Positions 11,001-23,942 of a DNA stretch of 64,000 bases are shown here, piece after piece; the first letter of the stretch is position 1; each line of letters begins with the position of its first letter. The stretch covers positions 2,480,001-2,544,000 of the forward strand of contig JAYWIR010000023.1 in assembly GCA_036172245.1 (NCBI GenBank). The letters are read 5' to 3'. The translations under genes and the position numbers were made by a program. The notes below the pieces were generated by a model. That model did no database searches. It saw nothing but the letters and a program-made list of their open reading frames with translations, and was not told the origin of the DNA. The stretch comes from Raillietiella orientalis. Taxonomy: Eukaryota.

Positions 11001-14000
11001 CTCTGAATGAAGGATAATTTGTCTTTCGTGGGTCTTTTTTTCTCGTCCCTTTTCCTGAATCATTTTTTTTTTGTTGTTGTTGTCAGTGCATACATGCATG
11101 CAGCCACGACCAAATTTGCAAAGCCACTTGTCCTTAACCCTTCGTTGGTGTCTTCTTTAGGCATAAAACTAAGTGAAGGGATTTTATTAAAGAATCTGAC
11201 AAGATCTGACGCTGGTCCCTATTACTGCATCGCAGACAATGGCAAAGGCACTCCCAAAGTGAATGAGATCATCATTGAAGTACAGTGTAAGTAAGTTTTT
11301 CTTGCTCCAGACTCGAAAACAGGATTCGTGTGTTGCACGTGCATCGATGCTACAGATTCCAATGCTCTGTCACAAGACCGCTTTCTCTCCTCTCGAGAAA
11401 CTTTGCGAGTTCCTTTTCCAGTTTGACTGTTCGCCTCGATCGTGTAAGGATCCAAGAAGATTCCAAGCGCTTTTTTTTTCCCCCTCCCTTTTTTTTTTTT
11501 TTTCGAAGATACGTATCAGAAAGAAGAAGCTAATTGTTCGTAAAAGTGTTCGCTCGTTCTGGAGCAGATGTGTGCCAAAAACATCTCTCCGAAGCACGCG
11601 AAAGCTCGGCATTGAGGAATTCCATCTGCCAAGTTTAAATAGATTGCGGCATCGTTGCGTTCTTGAAATTTCAGTCTGAATGGGGTGACTTCGATTTATG
11701 GAATCATGTGGAAATCTGGGCTTCCCCCCTTCCCCCCCTCCCCCCATAGTGACAGGTAGTTTCTTGCATCTTGTTAGCGCTGATGCTACGTTCCATTCAA
11801 GAGATTCAGGACAGTGTATCTCAACTATGCTCGTTTAAATCAATCCTCTCACGTAATTTTCTTCCGCCTCTCTTCAGCCTGGCTTCAATACCTTCGAGAA
11901 AAAAAATCATTTTATTGCAGTTTATTCAAGCTTTCGAGAAAGCATTCGATTCAATTAAGTGTACTGCTATATCTCACCATCCAGCTTCGTTACTCTTTTT
12001 GCTTTCAAACTTTGGAAGGTTCGTGAGCATTCGGAGTCTTTCGAAATTCTGCTGGCGTGTCTTTTTGCAGCCCTTGGTCTTCATTATTTGTCTATTTCCC
12101 CGCCTTTATGCTTTTATTTTCCTTTCCTTATATACTCGACTGCAGGAAGCTTCGACTGATGCAATCATACCAGTTGTTCATCTTTTTTCTTCTATTCTGT
12201 AAGCCTAACTGAACAGCGATTTTTTGCATTTCAATTATTCAAATCTGGAGTATCTCTATCTCTGATATCATTACTGATCATCTTCTGATATGATGCAGCA
12301 AATCACATCCCAATATCTCATATGCTTTCAAATGTTAAAGTTTCTGGAGAGGAACGCGAAGCAGTTAGATCTGTTTGTCTGTTTGTTTTTCATGGTTGCA
12401 TCTCTCTCCGATTTAAAGCTTTGGTCAAAACATGACAAGACTTGTCGGGTTGTTGCTCCTGTAGGTTTCTTCCTCGCAAATAAACCAGGTGGTAAGATGG
12501 CAGCATCTGATCTCGCGTCCGTTTACCTTCGCTTATCCGTAAGAATGCATCTCAGCTTTTTTCTCTTGCCCAGGAGAATGGAAATAAGGTAGTTTGCTCC
12601 TCTCCATCTCTCTTGTAGTTCATAATGTAGTTCGCTCTTGGTTTGACTGCATCCAGATCGGGAACCAATTTCTTTTGCTCTCAACTTCCTTGAAGATCCT
12701 ATCTCGTTAAATGGAAATTCATTTGTGGAAACGTGTTTGTGTTCTCTTACTGGTAACGTCCTAACCTTGTCTACCTCAGCAGCGACTATGATAAAGGCTT
12801 TACCCCACACTGACTTTGGGCCTATTCCCCCTGTTTCGATCAGCAGATTCACAACGTCTTGGAAACTGCTCTCAGGCTAACAGATGATTCTATGACTCTT
12901 TTTGATAACGTTAGCTCTCTCTGCACCTCCAGTTTATTTTCCTTCCCTAAGGAAGAGCCACAGACCAAGCTTTTTGAGGCAAGGTTTCTGGAAATGCATG
13001 AAGAGTTCGTCGCAGCGATCAGAGTGATTCCATCAAGCAAATGCTTTCATTGTTCTCTCCGTTGAAGTCGGTACTTAGTGATCACGAATTCGCCTTGACT
13101 TCCGCCAGTCTCCTCCCAGAGGTCTTCATGCTGATCTTTTGTTTATTACTTCCAGCAGACACAACCGAGTTCCTCCGAAAAATAAGTGTTCTAAGACTCA
13201 AAGCTTTTCGGGCTCACAGACGAATGAAAACTTGTGCACTGCTCGCTTCTCGTTTCCTGCGGATCCCTGTTTCAAGAGACCTCCGGCAATGAGAAGACTT
13301 GGAGAACTGTGCCACTCGGGACAGTTTAGAAATGAAATCCTGATTCATTCGTATGCTTCCACTGCAGATGAGAAATGCTCAGCTCACAAAGACGTAAACG
13401 AGTTGCATTTGCAGATCCTCGCCGTCAGATGGAAAAATGAGCAATGATCCAAATCAGTGATACTGAATCTTTCTTCTTCTTCTTCTCGGACCACATGCAT
13501 AAGTTTGCAACATTACGCTGGCCCACGCCACTGATATAACGATTTGTTGTTGCTGCAATGACTTTTCAAAAAAAGTCAATTTTTTCACGTCTTATTAAAG
13601 ACCCCTAAGGATAAGTGTCATTAAATGACTTGTGTTTCGTAGTAAGATGACGATCAATGTTACATATGTATATATATATTATATATCATACTTTCGCGAC
13701 AAATTAAACAAGTTGCCGAATTGTCTTCATTTGGCACAACAAAATATGTTTCCCCACAGTTGTCTTGAAACGTTGTATTTTCCTCAGATGTTTTTCGTTT
13801 GTTTTTTGAAGACAATTTCGTGCCATTGTGGGTAATCAAGTAATTTTTGGCACAAATTTTAACACAGCGTCATTTTTTTTTTTTTACATTCATGTATTTT
13901 ATGCAAAAAATCGTAAGAATGGATGGACGTAAACCAATGCTTTTAAATTGGGGTGGGCACAGACTGAGTATTCTATCCGCGTACCAACACGTTAAATGGT

Positions 14001-17000
14001 AAGAGACGAAACTGTACACAACAACGCCATTGCACGAAATCACGAAACAAACACCTGACGACCCGCGAGAGGCGCTGTGCGCGTGGGTGCCAACCGCTTT
14101 GCCTTTCGTGAAAACCACCGCCCGACTACCAGAAGTTTTTTAAGAAAAAGAAACACTCAATGTCTGTGATTGATGTGGCCCGCACATGGAAGCTTGGCGA
14201 GCCTCGCAAGCGGCCCACGCAGGGCCGTAGGTTGAGTGTTTCTGGTCTAAATGATCCATCCTCAAAAAAGCGTGTTGCATTTTCAAGACCTGTCAATTAC
14301 ACCCGCAAATTGCCTGAGCAAAGAGACGGAGGTTGAGTTTGGTAAAACTCATATTCAACGAAGATTGATCTGAAAATCGATCAAGGAGCAAAATTTGGGG
14401 ATTTCGGGAACTGGGAATGAAAGGGAACTCGACCCTTTGGTTGATTGAAGTGGGACCAAGTATGGAACGTGAAGAAATAAATGAAAAGCAGAAGCTGGTT
14501 ACAGGACTGGATCTGGAGTAGGAGGGAAGATATCAAAGAATAACTAGAAAGTTAGGGCACGAAACTCTGGAAGAAGTGGTCCAGAAAAGAGCTCACGAAG
14601 CCCCGACAGACGAAAATCTTAGGGAATATATGACGGGCATTTCACACAGGAGAACCAGGCAACCCAGAAAGGACATAGAGAACTGAATTCTTACTATTCC
14701 TAGTTTCATCGATCGTTTAGGAATCACCGGTGAAAGAATCGTGAATGGCACAATAAAGGCCGATGCACTGAATCCGAAGTTCTTCAAACACAAAAGCAGT
14801 AAGAAAACTTCTGATAAAACTCAATGCTGAAAAACCCATATCGTCGTTTGTCGATTCCTGAGCATCTCACTGATTTGTGGCTAAAAAATAGGGAAGCCAA
14901 AGTACGATTAGATCAAAGGAATAAGCAGCATTCTAATTCCCTTTTGAGAAACCAAACTCTGGAAGATTCCAGCTGTGGAAGCACATTCCGGGAAGGATGT
15001 GGAAATCATTTCCACGTGCTTTATCTAAGCTGGAGAAACCCAAGCTGCAAATCTAAGAACGAAATTTGATGAGGAATCAATTTAAAAGAAAAAGGAAAGA
15101 CATTTCTTTCTTGTCGAGAACTTGCAAATGAAACAAGCTCAGAAGAACATTGAGATACCGCCAAAATAATTTTCAGAAATACGTGAGACCAATAAGAAAG
15201 TTGATGGAATTAAACACAAAAGAGCCCTTGAAGTGAATTATCTTTTATAAGTAGATTGTTTCGAGCATACCCCAATCCCAGAACAAGGAAAGGCGAAAGG
15301 GAAGATGAATTTACCGGTGAATGAAACTCTCCCCCTCCGTGAAAGCGCCTTCATGAACGAAAGTTTTAAAATCCACAATGTTAAGTGAACGCGTACTGAG
15401 ATCGTATGAACCTCCAGATCAGTTGCCATGGTTACGCAAAGCATCGTCCTTACCGCAGTCCTCCACTTGACCCTTCTTTCTGTTTTTGAACTGCAGACTT
15501 TTGAATTTGTCGTTGCATTCTTTGTGTGCAATATATGAGAACTCTCGGAATACATTGACATTACCGACGAGCATAGGAATCATTGGCATCGATTAATTTT
15601 CCTGCGAGCTACTTATTTCATTTGCCTTCGCTTGAGTTCTTAGCTATTAGTACGTGTCTGTCAAGTAATTCGTTCCCCTATTAACCAAAGAGGATGTGGA
15701 GTTTTTTTTTCCAACTTCATGGTCCTTGTCTTGTATCTATTGATATGGCTTTCTCGAAAATCATTTGTAACATTTCTTTCCGAATTTTCTATTAACAGTT
15801 GGTCCTTTAATGACTTTGGAGGTCGGGTTCCAAGAAACAGGAATGAAGACAACAGCTAATTTAAATTGTCTGGTAGAGTCCTTTCCTGCACCCTATGTGT
15901 ATTGGACGAACAAACAGGGTAAGTACAGAGCGGTTTCCAGAGCTGATCCTAAATTTACTTGCTCTACTGGTGTTTGAATTGGCCCTTTGAGTGCACGTGC
16001 TCTTCGATAAGCTGAGTAGATTTAGCTGGAAGTATGGACGACAGTGCCAAATTGAGTGGGGTCTAGATTTAGCGAAGGAAAGCAAGAACAACGCCTGCGC
16101 AGATTAATATCTCCCTAGCAGGGACAGAGAACAGCATGCAGCAACTGCATTGCATCCTAAGTGACGAAATCTAAACTTTTAGATTTAGAATACTGGTACT
16201 TCTGTGTGGAGAGGAATGAAAGACATCAAGATGAACTGTTGCATTCGCAACGTTGGTGAATGAGAGATGTAGTAGTAGAATAGTTTCGTTTGCGTGGAGC
16301 TCGACGGTTTCTTGCTTGCGTCAACTTAATAGTAGTAGGTTTGGGTTCACCTCAAAGAGGCAACTATTCTTCGACAAACATGGATGGTTTCCTGCTTGAT
16401 AGCATTAACTTTCCATCCAATAAATTCACATGGGAAATCGGCACTTTCAGTTGAATTGGAAAATGAACATATCATCAACAAATATGTAATTTTTAATGTA
16501 TATTTAGGGACAGTTGTTACAATTCGCTAGTTTAAAGCTCAGCTTCGTAGACCTCGTGAAGTCTATTTGAAAATAAATAGAAATAGTACTGTTTATAGTT
16601 TATCAGCCATGCTCGTCATGACAGTGAATTCCAGAATTTTTGATATCTCAGGAAGTAGATGCCGGAAGTGGATGTAAATGCATTCCTTTTTAAACCAGTA
16701 ACTGAATCAGATTGTCGATAGCAATGAGCACGTGGTTCTCTCTATTTGATGATGCAGCAAATAGAGAGCATGATTTACAGAAAAACCTCAACCTCCGATC
16801 ATGCTTACGCCCTCTTTCTTGAAAGTATTTCAACGCTTAAAACTCATAAAGAAAAACGCTCATCTCTTAAGAATTGTAGAAAATGAGCCCACTCGATCAG
16901 GAAACATTTTCTGATGTCCATTTCTCAGAATAAATAAAGTCAAGTGCAATTCAGAAAATCGAACTTTTCGGCGAAATCACTAAGCGAGCTTCTTATAAAG

Positions 17001-20000
17001 TCAAAAATTACTGAAGACAGAGGATTACGTCCCCCTTTTAGAAATTCTTCATCTGTAAGATGCAAGTGATGACATGCGGGTCTTCTTTGTAACAGCTGAA
17101 GATTGATACTGCCTACAAGTGTTTTAAGTTCACATCGGCATTCGATGTTGATTCTCTTCGAAGCTCATGTGGACTCCTTGAGGTTCTGGGTCTTTTCGAA
17201 TGAGAATTCTATTTCTGGACCAGCTCCCATCCTTTAACTGCAGAAAGTCTGGAACCTATTCAAGGATTTGGAAATCACAACAGCTTCGACTGGAATTTCA
17301 ATTCAGAATCCACGACAACGCTTCACTATCGAAGAATAGGGATACCCGAACTATGTATACTGTGCATGGTAAAGACCCCTCCATGCAGTGCTTGATGGTA
17401 GCGAGTAGCATTTTTCCTGTAAATGTCGGGAAATTCGGAGAAAAGCCGTAGAGTGCGATTCCCGTTTTCATAGAAACGCAATTTGAAAACGGAAAGCCTC
17501 CATCAGGAAATGCCGTTAAAGCTGAGCATAAAAAAAAATTGCTTAAAACTTTTCAAGTCAGACTAATAGATAAAGAGATAAGAAGGAATAAAAAAATAAA
17601 AACGGATAGATAAAAACGGAAGATATGGAATAAATATCATGGTTTATCTGCAAAGCCCTCTTTGTGTGTGTGTGTGTCAACAGTCTTGAGCACACAAAAG
17701 AAATGCATAGGGTTGTGTTAACTGCCTTTACCTTTCTTTCTTTCTTTTTTTTCGTTTAGCGACGGACTTATTAAGTTGGAATCTTTCAATATTTAATGGA
17801 CGTGTGGTCATGTGGAATTTCACAAGTTTTCATCAAGTACCTTTGTTCGACAACTCTCCAAGTGGACAACTCGATGTCTGTCGGTCGTAAAAGCAAACAG
17901 GCAAACTCCAGGGTATCTTGTCCCGAGAAAGTATGAGGTGCGAAAACTCTTTCCTGGAAAAGGGGAAAATTTTGATATGATGCTGACACAGAATGCATGA
18001 TTGCTCAAGAAAAAATGGAATGTGCGTTAGTCCACGGTGGTTTCCCTGTTTGCTCTTGGAGTGTACAATCACAACGAAAAAAAATATCTCAATCGGATTG
18101 CGTGTACAGTGCAAACTCGACCGAGCTCGTCTCCCGAACCATTACAGCGCCGAAACGAGTTGGAACCACTCGTGGCTGCAACGTAACGAAGCATTTGTAA
18201 ATATTCATAAAATTCATCTAGATGCAAGTCGAGATTCCTTGCTTTTGAAAAGATTTACAACGAATAAGATGTTCATCCTAGAAGGAATGTACTTTTTTGT
18301 TTTTGTTTCTGGACTTGATTTTTAGGAAGGGACGTCGTGCTAAACTAACTGATAGTAAGAACTCGAAACAGCTGACTGATTGCTTCGAACTGAATACAAA
18401 TTTCCATGCTTGTTTCTCAACCTATTAAAAGCTGACGAATGTTGAGGAGCAAAAGTAGAAGAATCGCTGCATTCTTACTTGATGCCAAGCTTACGTCTTT
18501 TGATGTTTTTCAAAGAGATAAATAGATAGTCCATCTCCCAGAACTGGCAGTCTTTCTGGAAGACGGAATGATCGATCTCCACCCGACTCTTAGAAACCAA
18601 AAGAATACTTGAAACCTCTGAGGTTGCAAGCCCTTGAAGTTGACAAAATTTTCATTTTCTCTTGCTAAAAGGGCCTTTGCAAGCGCCTTTGTTTTCAGCA
18701 CGCGGATCTCTGAGATGTCGCTGTATACAACAGAAGCTCCTGACTTGGATCTCGGTTATCTGGGTATCGAAGGATCCAGATAGCACTGATCCGAGTAATT
18801 GAAAGAATCTATCGCAGATTAAAGCTACCTAGGCATGATCTCCAGCTGTTTCCTTTTTGCAAGGAATTTTTCGGTTCCGACCTGAAGGTTGCTGTGTTGC
18901 TGCGTTGGCAGTATCGTTGCTTAAAATTTTAAGAGCAGTCATTTCATTTTCTTGGGGAATCGAATAGGAATGATAGCATGGTCAGAAATAATTTCAAAAC
19001 ATTTCCATTGAACTCTTGTTAACTGTTCTCTGTTTCTTTTCCCCATTTGGAGCTTTCATGTACCTTGGAGTGTTCCAAAGAAGAGATGCTACAGAATGTG
19101 CCATCAAGTTTTTCACGAAATAGAATGGCTCTCCTGCCTGAACGGAAGAATCTACACTGAAAAATTCATGTGAATGTGAAAACAAGTGAAAACAAGTCCC
19201 ATTAAACCTTCTGGAAAGGAAACGAAAACACGAAATTCATTCGGCACGCACGTATTGCAGCGCTTTTTAGATGATCCTTCTGGTCGTTAACTTTAGAAGA
19301 AATTAAATTTCATTCTGGGGAAAGCATCTTGATGACTGAAAAAATAGCTTTTAGAGACTCCGTTCGAAATTGTCTTCATTTCCACACCGTTTTTTTTTTT
19401 CAACTCAGCTTCTAAATATGCAAACAGTTCTATGCAAATTTCTGATATGCACAGATTTGCAATTCTGTAAGCATAATATGTACGAATGGTATCGAATGGC
19501 ATCATACAAGTGTCGAATGCTTCCATCGTTCTCAAGAAATATGAAGTAATGTATTCCGCGGCCTTGCGTAAAAAATTACGCGAAATAAATAAACACATGT
19601 AGAGCGTTGCAGGGAGTCCCACGACAGAAATCATTATAATTTATCATGTGCAGCACTCTTGCTCTGATGCGGCAAAATCTGCTGAATCTGTGCCTCTCAT
19701 TCCTACGATGTAATTAAACGGAATCGATCAAATTAATTTTTCCTTACCGGAGGAAAGCATTTTCTGAAAGCAGTGAGATCCTGGAACAGATGCTGCAGGT
19801 CCTCGATTCTGTGATATTTTCCGAGATCCAGGAAAATATATAAGAAATCATTCACCGTACAAGGATACGGAAACACACATATTGTGTTCATGATTGCAAT
19901 CTTCCGGACACACTTCTTTGTTCAAGAACATCTGTTGCCATATCATTACTATTGGATGCATTCCTCGTGATATTGTCAGCAGTGTCAATCGATGGTCCCA

Positions 20001-22743
20001 GTGTAGGAAGTAGGGTGCATGCAGCAGGCTGTAATCCTACGCAACTGATAAATAAGCGAAGACACTTTCGGTCTAATTGAAGCATCGCACAGACATTTGA
20101 GGAGATATTCTTTCCGAAATTCACTCCAGTAAGTCATTCGGCATCCACAGAGTCGATGATGCTGCATTTTCCCATTTCAAGCACTGAATTTTCCCTTAGA
20201 CTTCTTAGATTCAGGTTGACCAATAGGCAGGAATCTTCGGGAGCATTAAAAAAATTTTAATAAAAGAAATCCAAAATGCCGCTTTTCTCTGCAAAACATC
20301 GTGGATAGTTTTGCAGAGAAGTGTAACTGTATCATTAGCTGTAGCAGTTCCAAACAGCTCCTCATCTGCTCGGTGAGAGCATTTCTAGTGTAGATAGATG
20401 ATGATTCTTTGATGTCGTGCATTTTCTATCAGCACACTTACAAAGAGCTCACTCTCAAGAGCATTTCTGTGTAGGAGCTCTCGTCTCTCAAAAACGTCTC
20501 CTGCTCATTACGGGATCTTTTCGAAAGCTAATGTGCAAACGACTGAAGCTGTAGATTTTCCGCAGTGTGTTGTTCAAATAGCAAAGGGCTTAATAATAAT
20601 TATTATTATTATTATTTTGGGGAGATGTTTTTACTATTGGAGCTGTGTAAGCAAACGGTACAACAGCAGTGATTCCAGTGACATTCAAACTACAGCAACG
20701 CATGTATTTTCCACCATAGGAGAAATCTTGGAGGCATCATCCAAATATGATATTTGGGAAAATAAAGAGAAAGAGCATACGTTTGCCCATTCACTAAGGA
20801 TACTGAACATTGAAGAAGAAGACAATGGACATTATACTTGCATCGCAGCGAATGCCCTACAGAAAGTATCGGGAACGATAAAAGTGGAAGGTGAGTCAGT
20901 GTGCAGTCAATGCAAAAATCAAGATCTTTTTGATTTTTGCATGCTTTTTCGTGTATGTTAATGTGTTCCGAAAATGAATTTCCAGCCCGTTCGGATCTAA
21001 AACCTCAGTCATTTGGATCAGGATGCAAAAATTTAAGGATTAATGCTTTGCATGTAATCGAGCCTCAAGGAAGCTGAAAAAATCGCTAAACTTTCCAAAC
21101 CAGTCCCTTGAAAAATGATTCAGAACACCAACATCCATGCTTATACTTACCACGCTTAGCACATATCGCTGCCTCTGATCGTACTTGTAATTTTTTTCTC
21201 CTTCTTCTTCCTTTCTGTAGGTCCGTGTTAGTTAGCATTAGAAAACAAGGTAAGCCAGGTTCGAGAGGATTCAGTGATGAAATTCGTGTATCAGTGGAAA
21301 ACTTAAATGCAATGATTGGACTTGAGAACCCATAGTTTCATAATTCAAATAGAGAGTTTATTTATCCATGTTCTTCCGCCTTTGTAGATATCAGGTCCCT
21401 GAACCATTTGGGACTAACAAAATCCCACTTTCCTCTACACTTTGAAACTTTTGCTTCCACAACAGTACACAGCTCTTTCTATTAGGACTGCAAGCGCCGA
21501 TATTCCCGAATCGAATCTCAGTTTCGTAGTAAAGTGTCCTTGAAAAACTCCACCAACGTGCCGATGAAAGGATGGGGTCAGAGTGGCCTACGAAATGATT
21601 AAACCCCTTTTGCTACCGTTTGCTTGTTCCATTACAGCTTGCTTAGAATATGGCAAGTATTTGTGATATTTTGCCAGAAAAAAGGTCTTTATTTCCCGAG
21701 GTCAGTTGCCGCAGCAATGACTCGCTTTTTCAAAAGCCTTCTTTTCCATTTTTTTTAATATAATATTCATGCAGCGTCAAATGTAATAATAATTGTGCGA
21801 AATTTGCAATTGCGATATTGTGATTTATTTATTTTTTTTGTCTTTACAAATGAAGCAAAGTATCAAGGTTCAGGCACCGATGAAAGAAACATGGGAAAGA
21901 ATTTGGCCTCCATTGAAGCAATAGATTCGTAGACACGCAAACCATAGAATTAACACAAATTAAATGGTTCAAATGATGAATGTGTGCTTCCCAGGAACTT
22001 CTTTGTACTGACCTTTCAAAATCAGAATTGAATTCCTCTGTATTCATGAATTCCCTACAAAATAAAAGGCATCTCATAGAACCATTATTTTTTTGTACTG
22101 TAGAAAAAAACTTTGAGCATTTTTGCATCACATTTTCATATCAACAGTCAGTAATAGGAACTTCTACTTTTCTAACTATTTCATTTTCTGCTCCCTTGGA
22201 TCTCAAAATTTTTTTTTTTTCCAATCGTACACTGCAGTTTGAATATTTAATAGAGATCATAATGCATTCAGATTACATTTGCAATTTATTTAAAAGCCAG
22301 AGTGAATAACATTTGGAAAGTAGTTCATTGTTTATTACCCACCTCGTTTGATTTGAATGTCCTGTTGATGCTGTGCTTGTTTGTGTCAAACTCAAATACT
22401 TTGTATTAATGCTTTTCTTTTTTTTTTTAATTTTCTTGTTTTAGTGCCCAGAAACAGTCGAAAGAAATTTAGTGACAAGAACGCAGAGTCTTTTGAGAGT
22501 TTCATAAAAGAAGGATCGATTTTCGAAAACGACTCTGTTGGTAACTCGACCTTGCTTCTTCAGAAAAACTTTTGCAAGCTATCCCATATCTCAAATGATA
22601 AAATAAAAATCCCCATAGACTACTACAAAGTTGAAAGCCATGGTTTGCACATGTCCTCAACACACAAGACCTTCAGTGGAGTAACTTTAGCTTTCTCACT
22701 TCCATTATTTTCGTTTTTTAGTTCATATTTTTATAGGAAATAA
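8099..22743 (+). CDS. Dpr-interacting protein (DIP)/lachesin-like three-Ig-domain cell-adhesion protein, probably GPI-anchored
   Basis: Phase-consistent GT-AG exons: 8099-8257, 8314-8499, 8584-8755, 11161-11286, 15799-15918 (absent from the ORF track; FGPLMTL...NCLVESFPAPYVYW), 20720-20890, then tentatively 22445-22540 and 22619-22743. Signal-peptide-like start; DIP signature GGYKVAWIK...ILAIH..VIT.NPR...DQGGYMCQINTNPMKSEVGYLTV; DAGPYYC and DNGHYTC motifs; hydrophobic C-terminal tail; AATAAA overlapping the stop. The last two exons are less certain. Confidence 0.9.
9240..9780 (-). mobile_element. 3' fragment of a non-LTR retrotransposon in intron 3 of the Ig gene
   Basis: Minus ORF 9446-9694 contains CKACGDRDTRLHVLTC, the C-x2-C-x7-H-x3-C knuckle typical of LINE ORF2 C-termini. 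Boundaries approximate. Confidence 0.55.
11770..13485 (+). mobile_element. Degenerate LINE (L1/Tx1-like) reverse transcriptase relic in intron 4 of the Ig gene
   Basis: FEKAFDSI (RT motif DFEKAFDSV), LQPLVFIICLFP (cf. LSPLLFILCLEP) and SLSDLKL...KT (cf. SGLKINxxKT) occur in order; region ends at a (TTC)5 tract at 13471-13485. The 3' boundary is uncertain. Confidence 0.55.
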
Positions 22744-23261
22744 AACAGATTCATGCTAACAGCATCAGCTCTAAGTGTTCTTTGAAACGCCTGAATCGGA
22801 AGAGGATTTTATTTACAACCATCACCACCACTGATCGATATTAAAAACAAATGCATCGGCAAGAATAGAATAAATAAATTAAACTATTCATTCTACTCTT
22901 ACCAATGAATGAAATAAATAAATGAAACTGATGTGCAGTTGCGTCGTGTTCGGAATCAAAACAGCCAAAAATTACCCACTTTCCTGCAAGTGAAAAATGA
23001 AAACTATCAGAAAGGATAGTGATGATGATAAACTGAATTCTCAACTAGACAATCCATTAAGGTTCTTAGGTTAAACAGTTCTCTGTAATTAGTTTCCTTT
23101 ATCGAGAGTAAGGAATTCTTCGAAATTACAAAAGAATATGGGAACTGTGAAGAGGTACAAAGAAGCGGTGCGCTTACTCGAGGAAAGTCCAACTTTTACT
23201 ATGCTCAAAATTAAAAAAAAAAGTAACTTTGGAGTATGTGGATGGCGACAAAGTTCCTTAA

Positions 23262-23942
23262 CCCTCTATAGCCCAATTTTTTTTACGGCTATAAAAAAAT
23301 GTATGTAACGTGCCATAAAACAGTTTGTACTTGGCGTTAAACGTAAATGTACACGTTGCATTTCGAACATTTTAGTTTTGGAACTCCTTTGCACCCCGGC
23401 TTTCTGCAGCCTCCCCTCTTATCCGGAGAGAGGGGCCAACATGCTATTTCATCTTTTAGCACCTTTTCGACTGGAAGTGTTCACTCGCCCCCCTTTTCTT
23501 CTCCTCTTCTAATTGTTCATCCACGGCAGTTGGTACACGGAATCCTACATATATTATAGCTCGTTGCGATTTGAAAGTCACAAAGCTGTATCATGTGAAA
23601 ATAATAGCAAAATGGTTGTTTAAATGAAAACAAGGAAGAGATTATCGAAATACAGACCAAGAGCTATTACGTAGGCTTTTCCTCGTTTATCAAAACACCG
23701 ATAGAACAAAAACTCATGACAACTGCACAGGATGGTTCACAACTTTTATCTATAGACAACTCGCCAAGGCATTTACCTCGATATCTCGGGTTAGAGTTGA
23801 TATCCGCTACCAAGACTGTTACTGGTTACCAAGGAGACGTTATACAAGATGTATATGCAACCTTGCGATAAAAGATTGAACACATCAATAAGATATCGAT
23901 ATATTGATATGTGACTTCAAAGTCACACCTACCTATAGAGGA
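23262..23942. mobile_element. piggyBac-like non-autonomous element (MITE), 681 bp
   Basis: TTAA (23258-23261) + CCCTCTATAG ... CTATAGAGGA + TTAA (23943-23946): 10-bp terminal inverted repeat with one mismatch, CCC start and TTAA target duplication; no transposase inside. Confidence 0.7.

Noticed and set aside
12859..12930. LFDNVSSLCTS resembling the Penelope RT motif FDVxSLFT
   Set aside because: Isolated match lying inside a region better explained by an L1/Tx1-like relic.
14170..14250. hAT-MITE-like right end (gtggcccgc...gcggccc...gttgagtgtttctg)
   Set aside because: No matching left TIR or 8-bp TSD identified.
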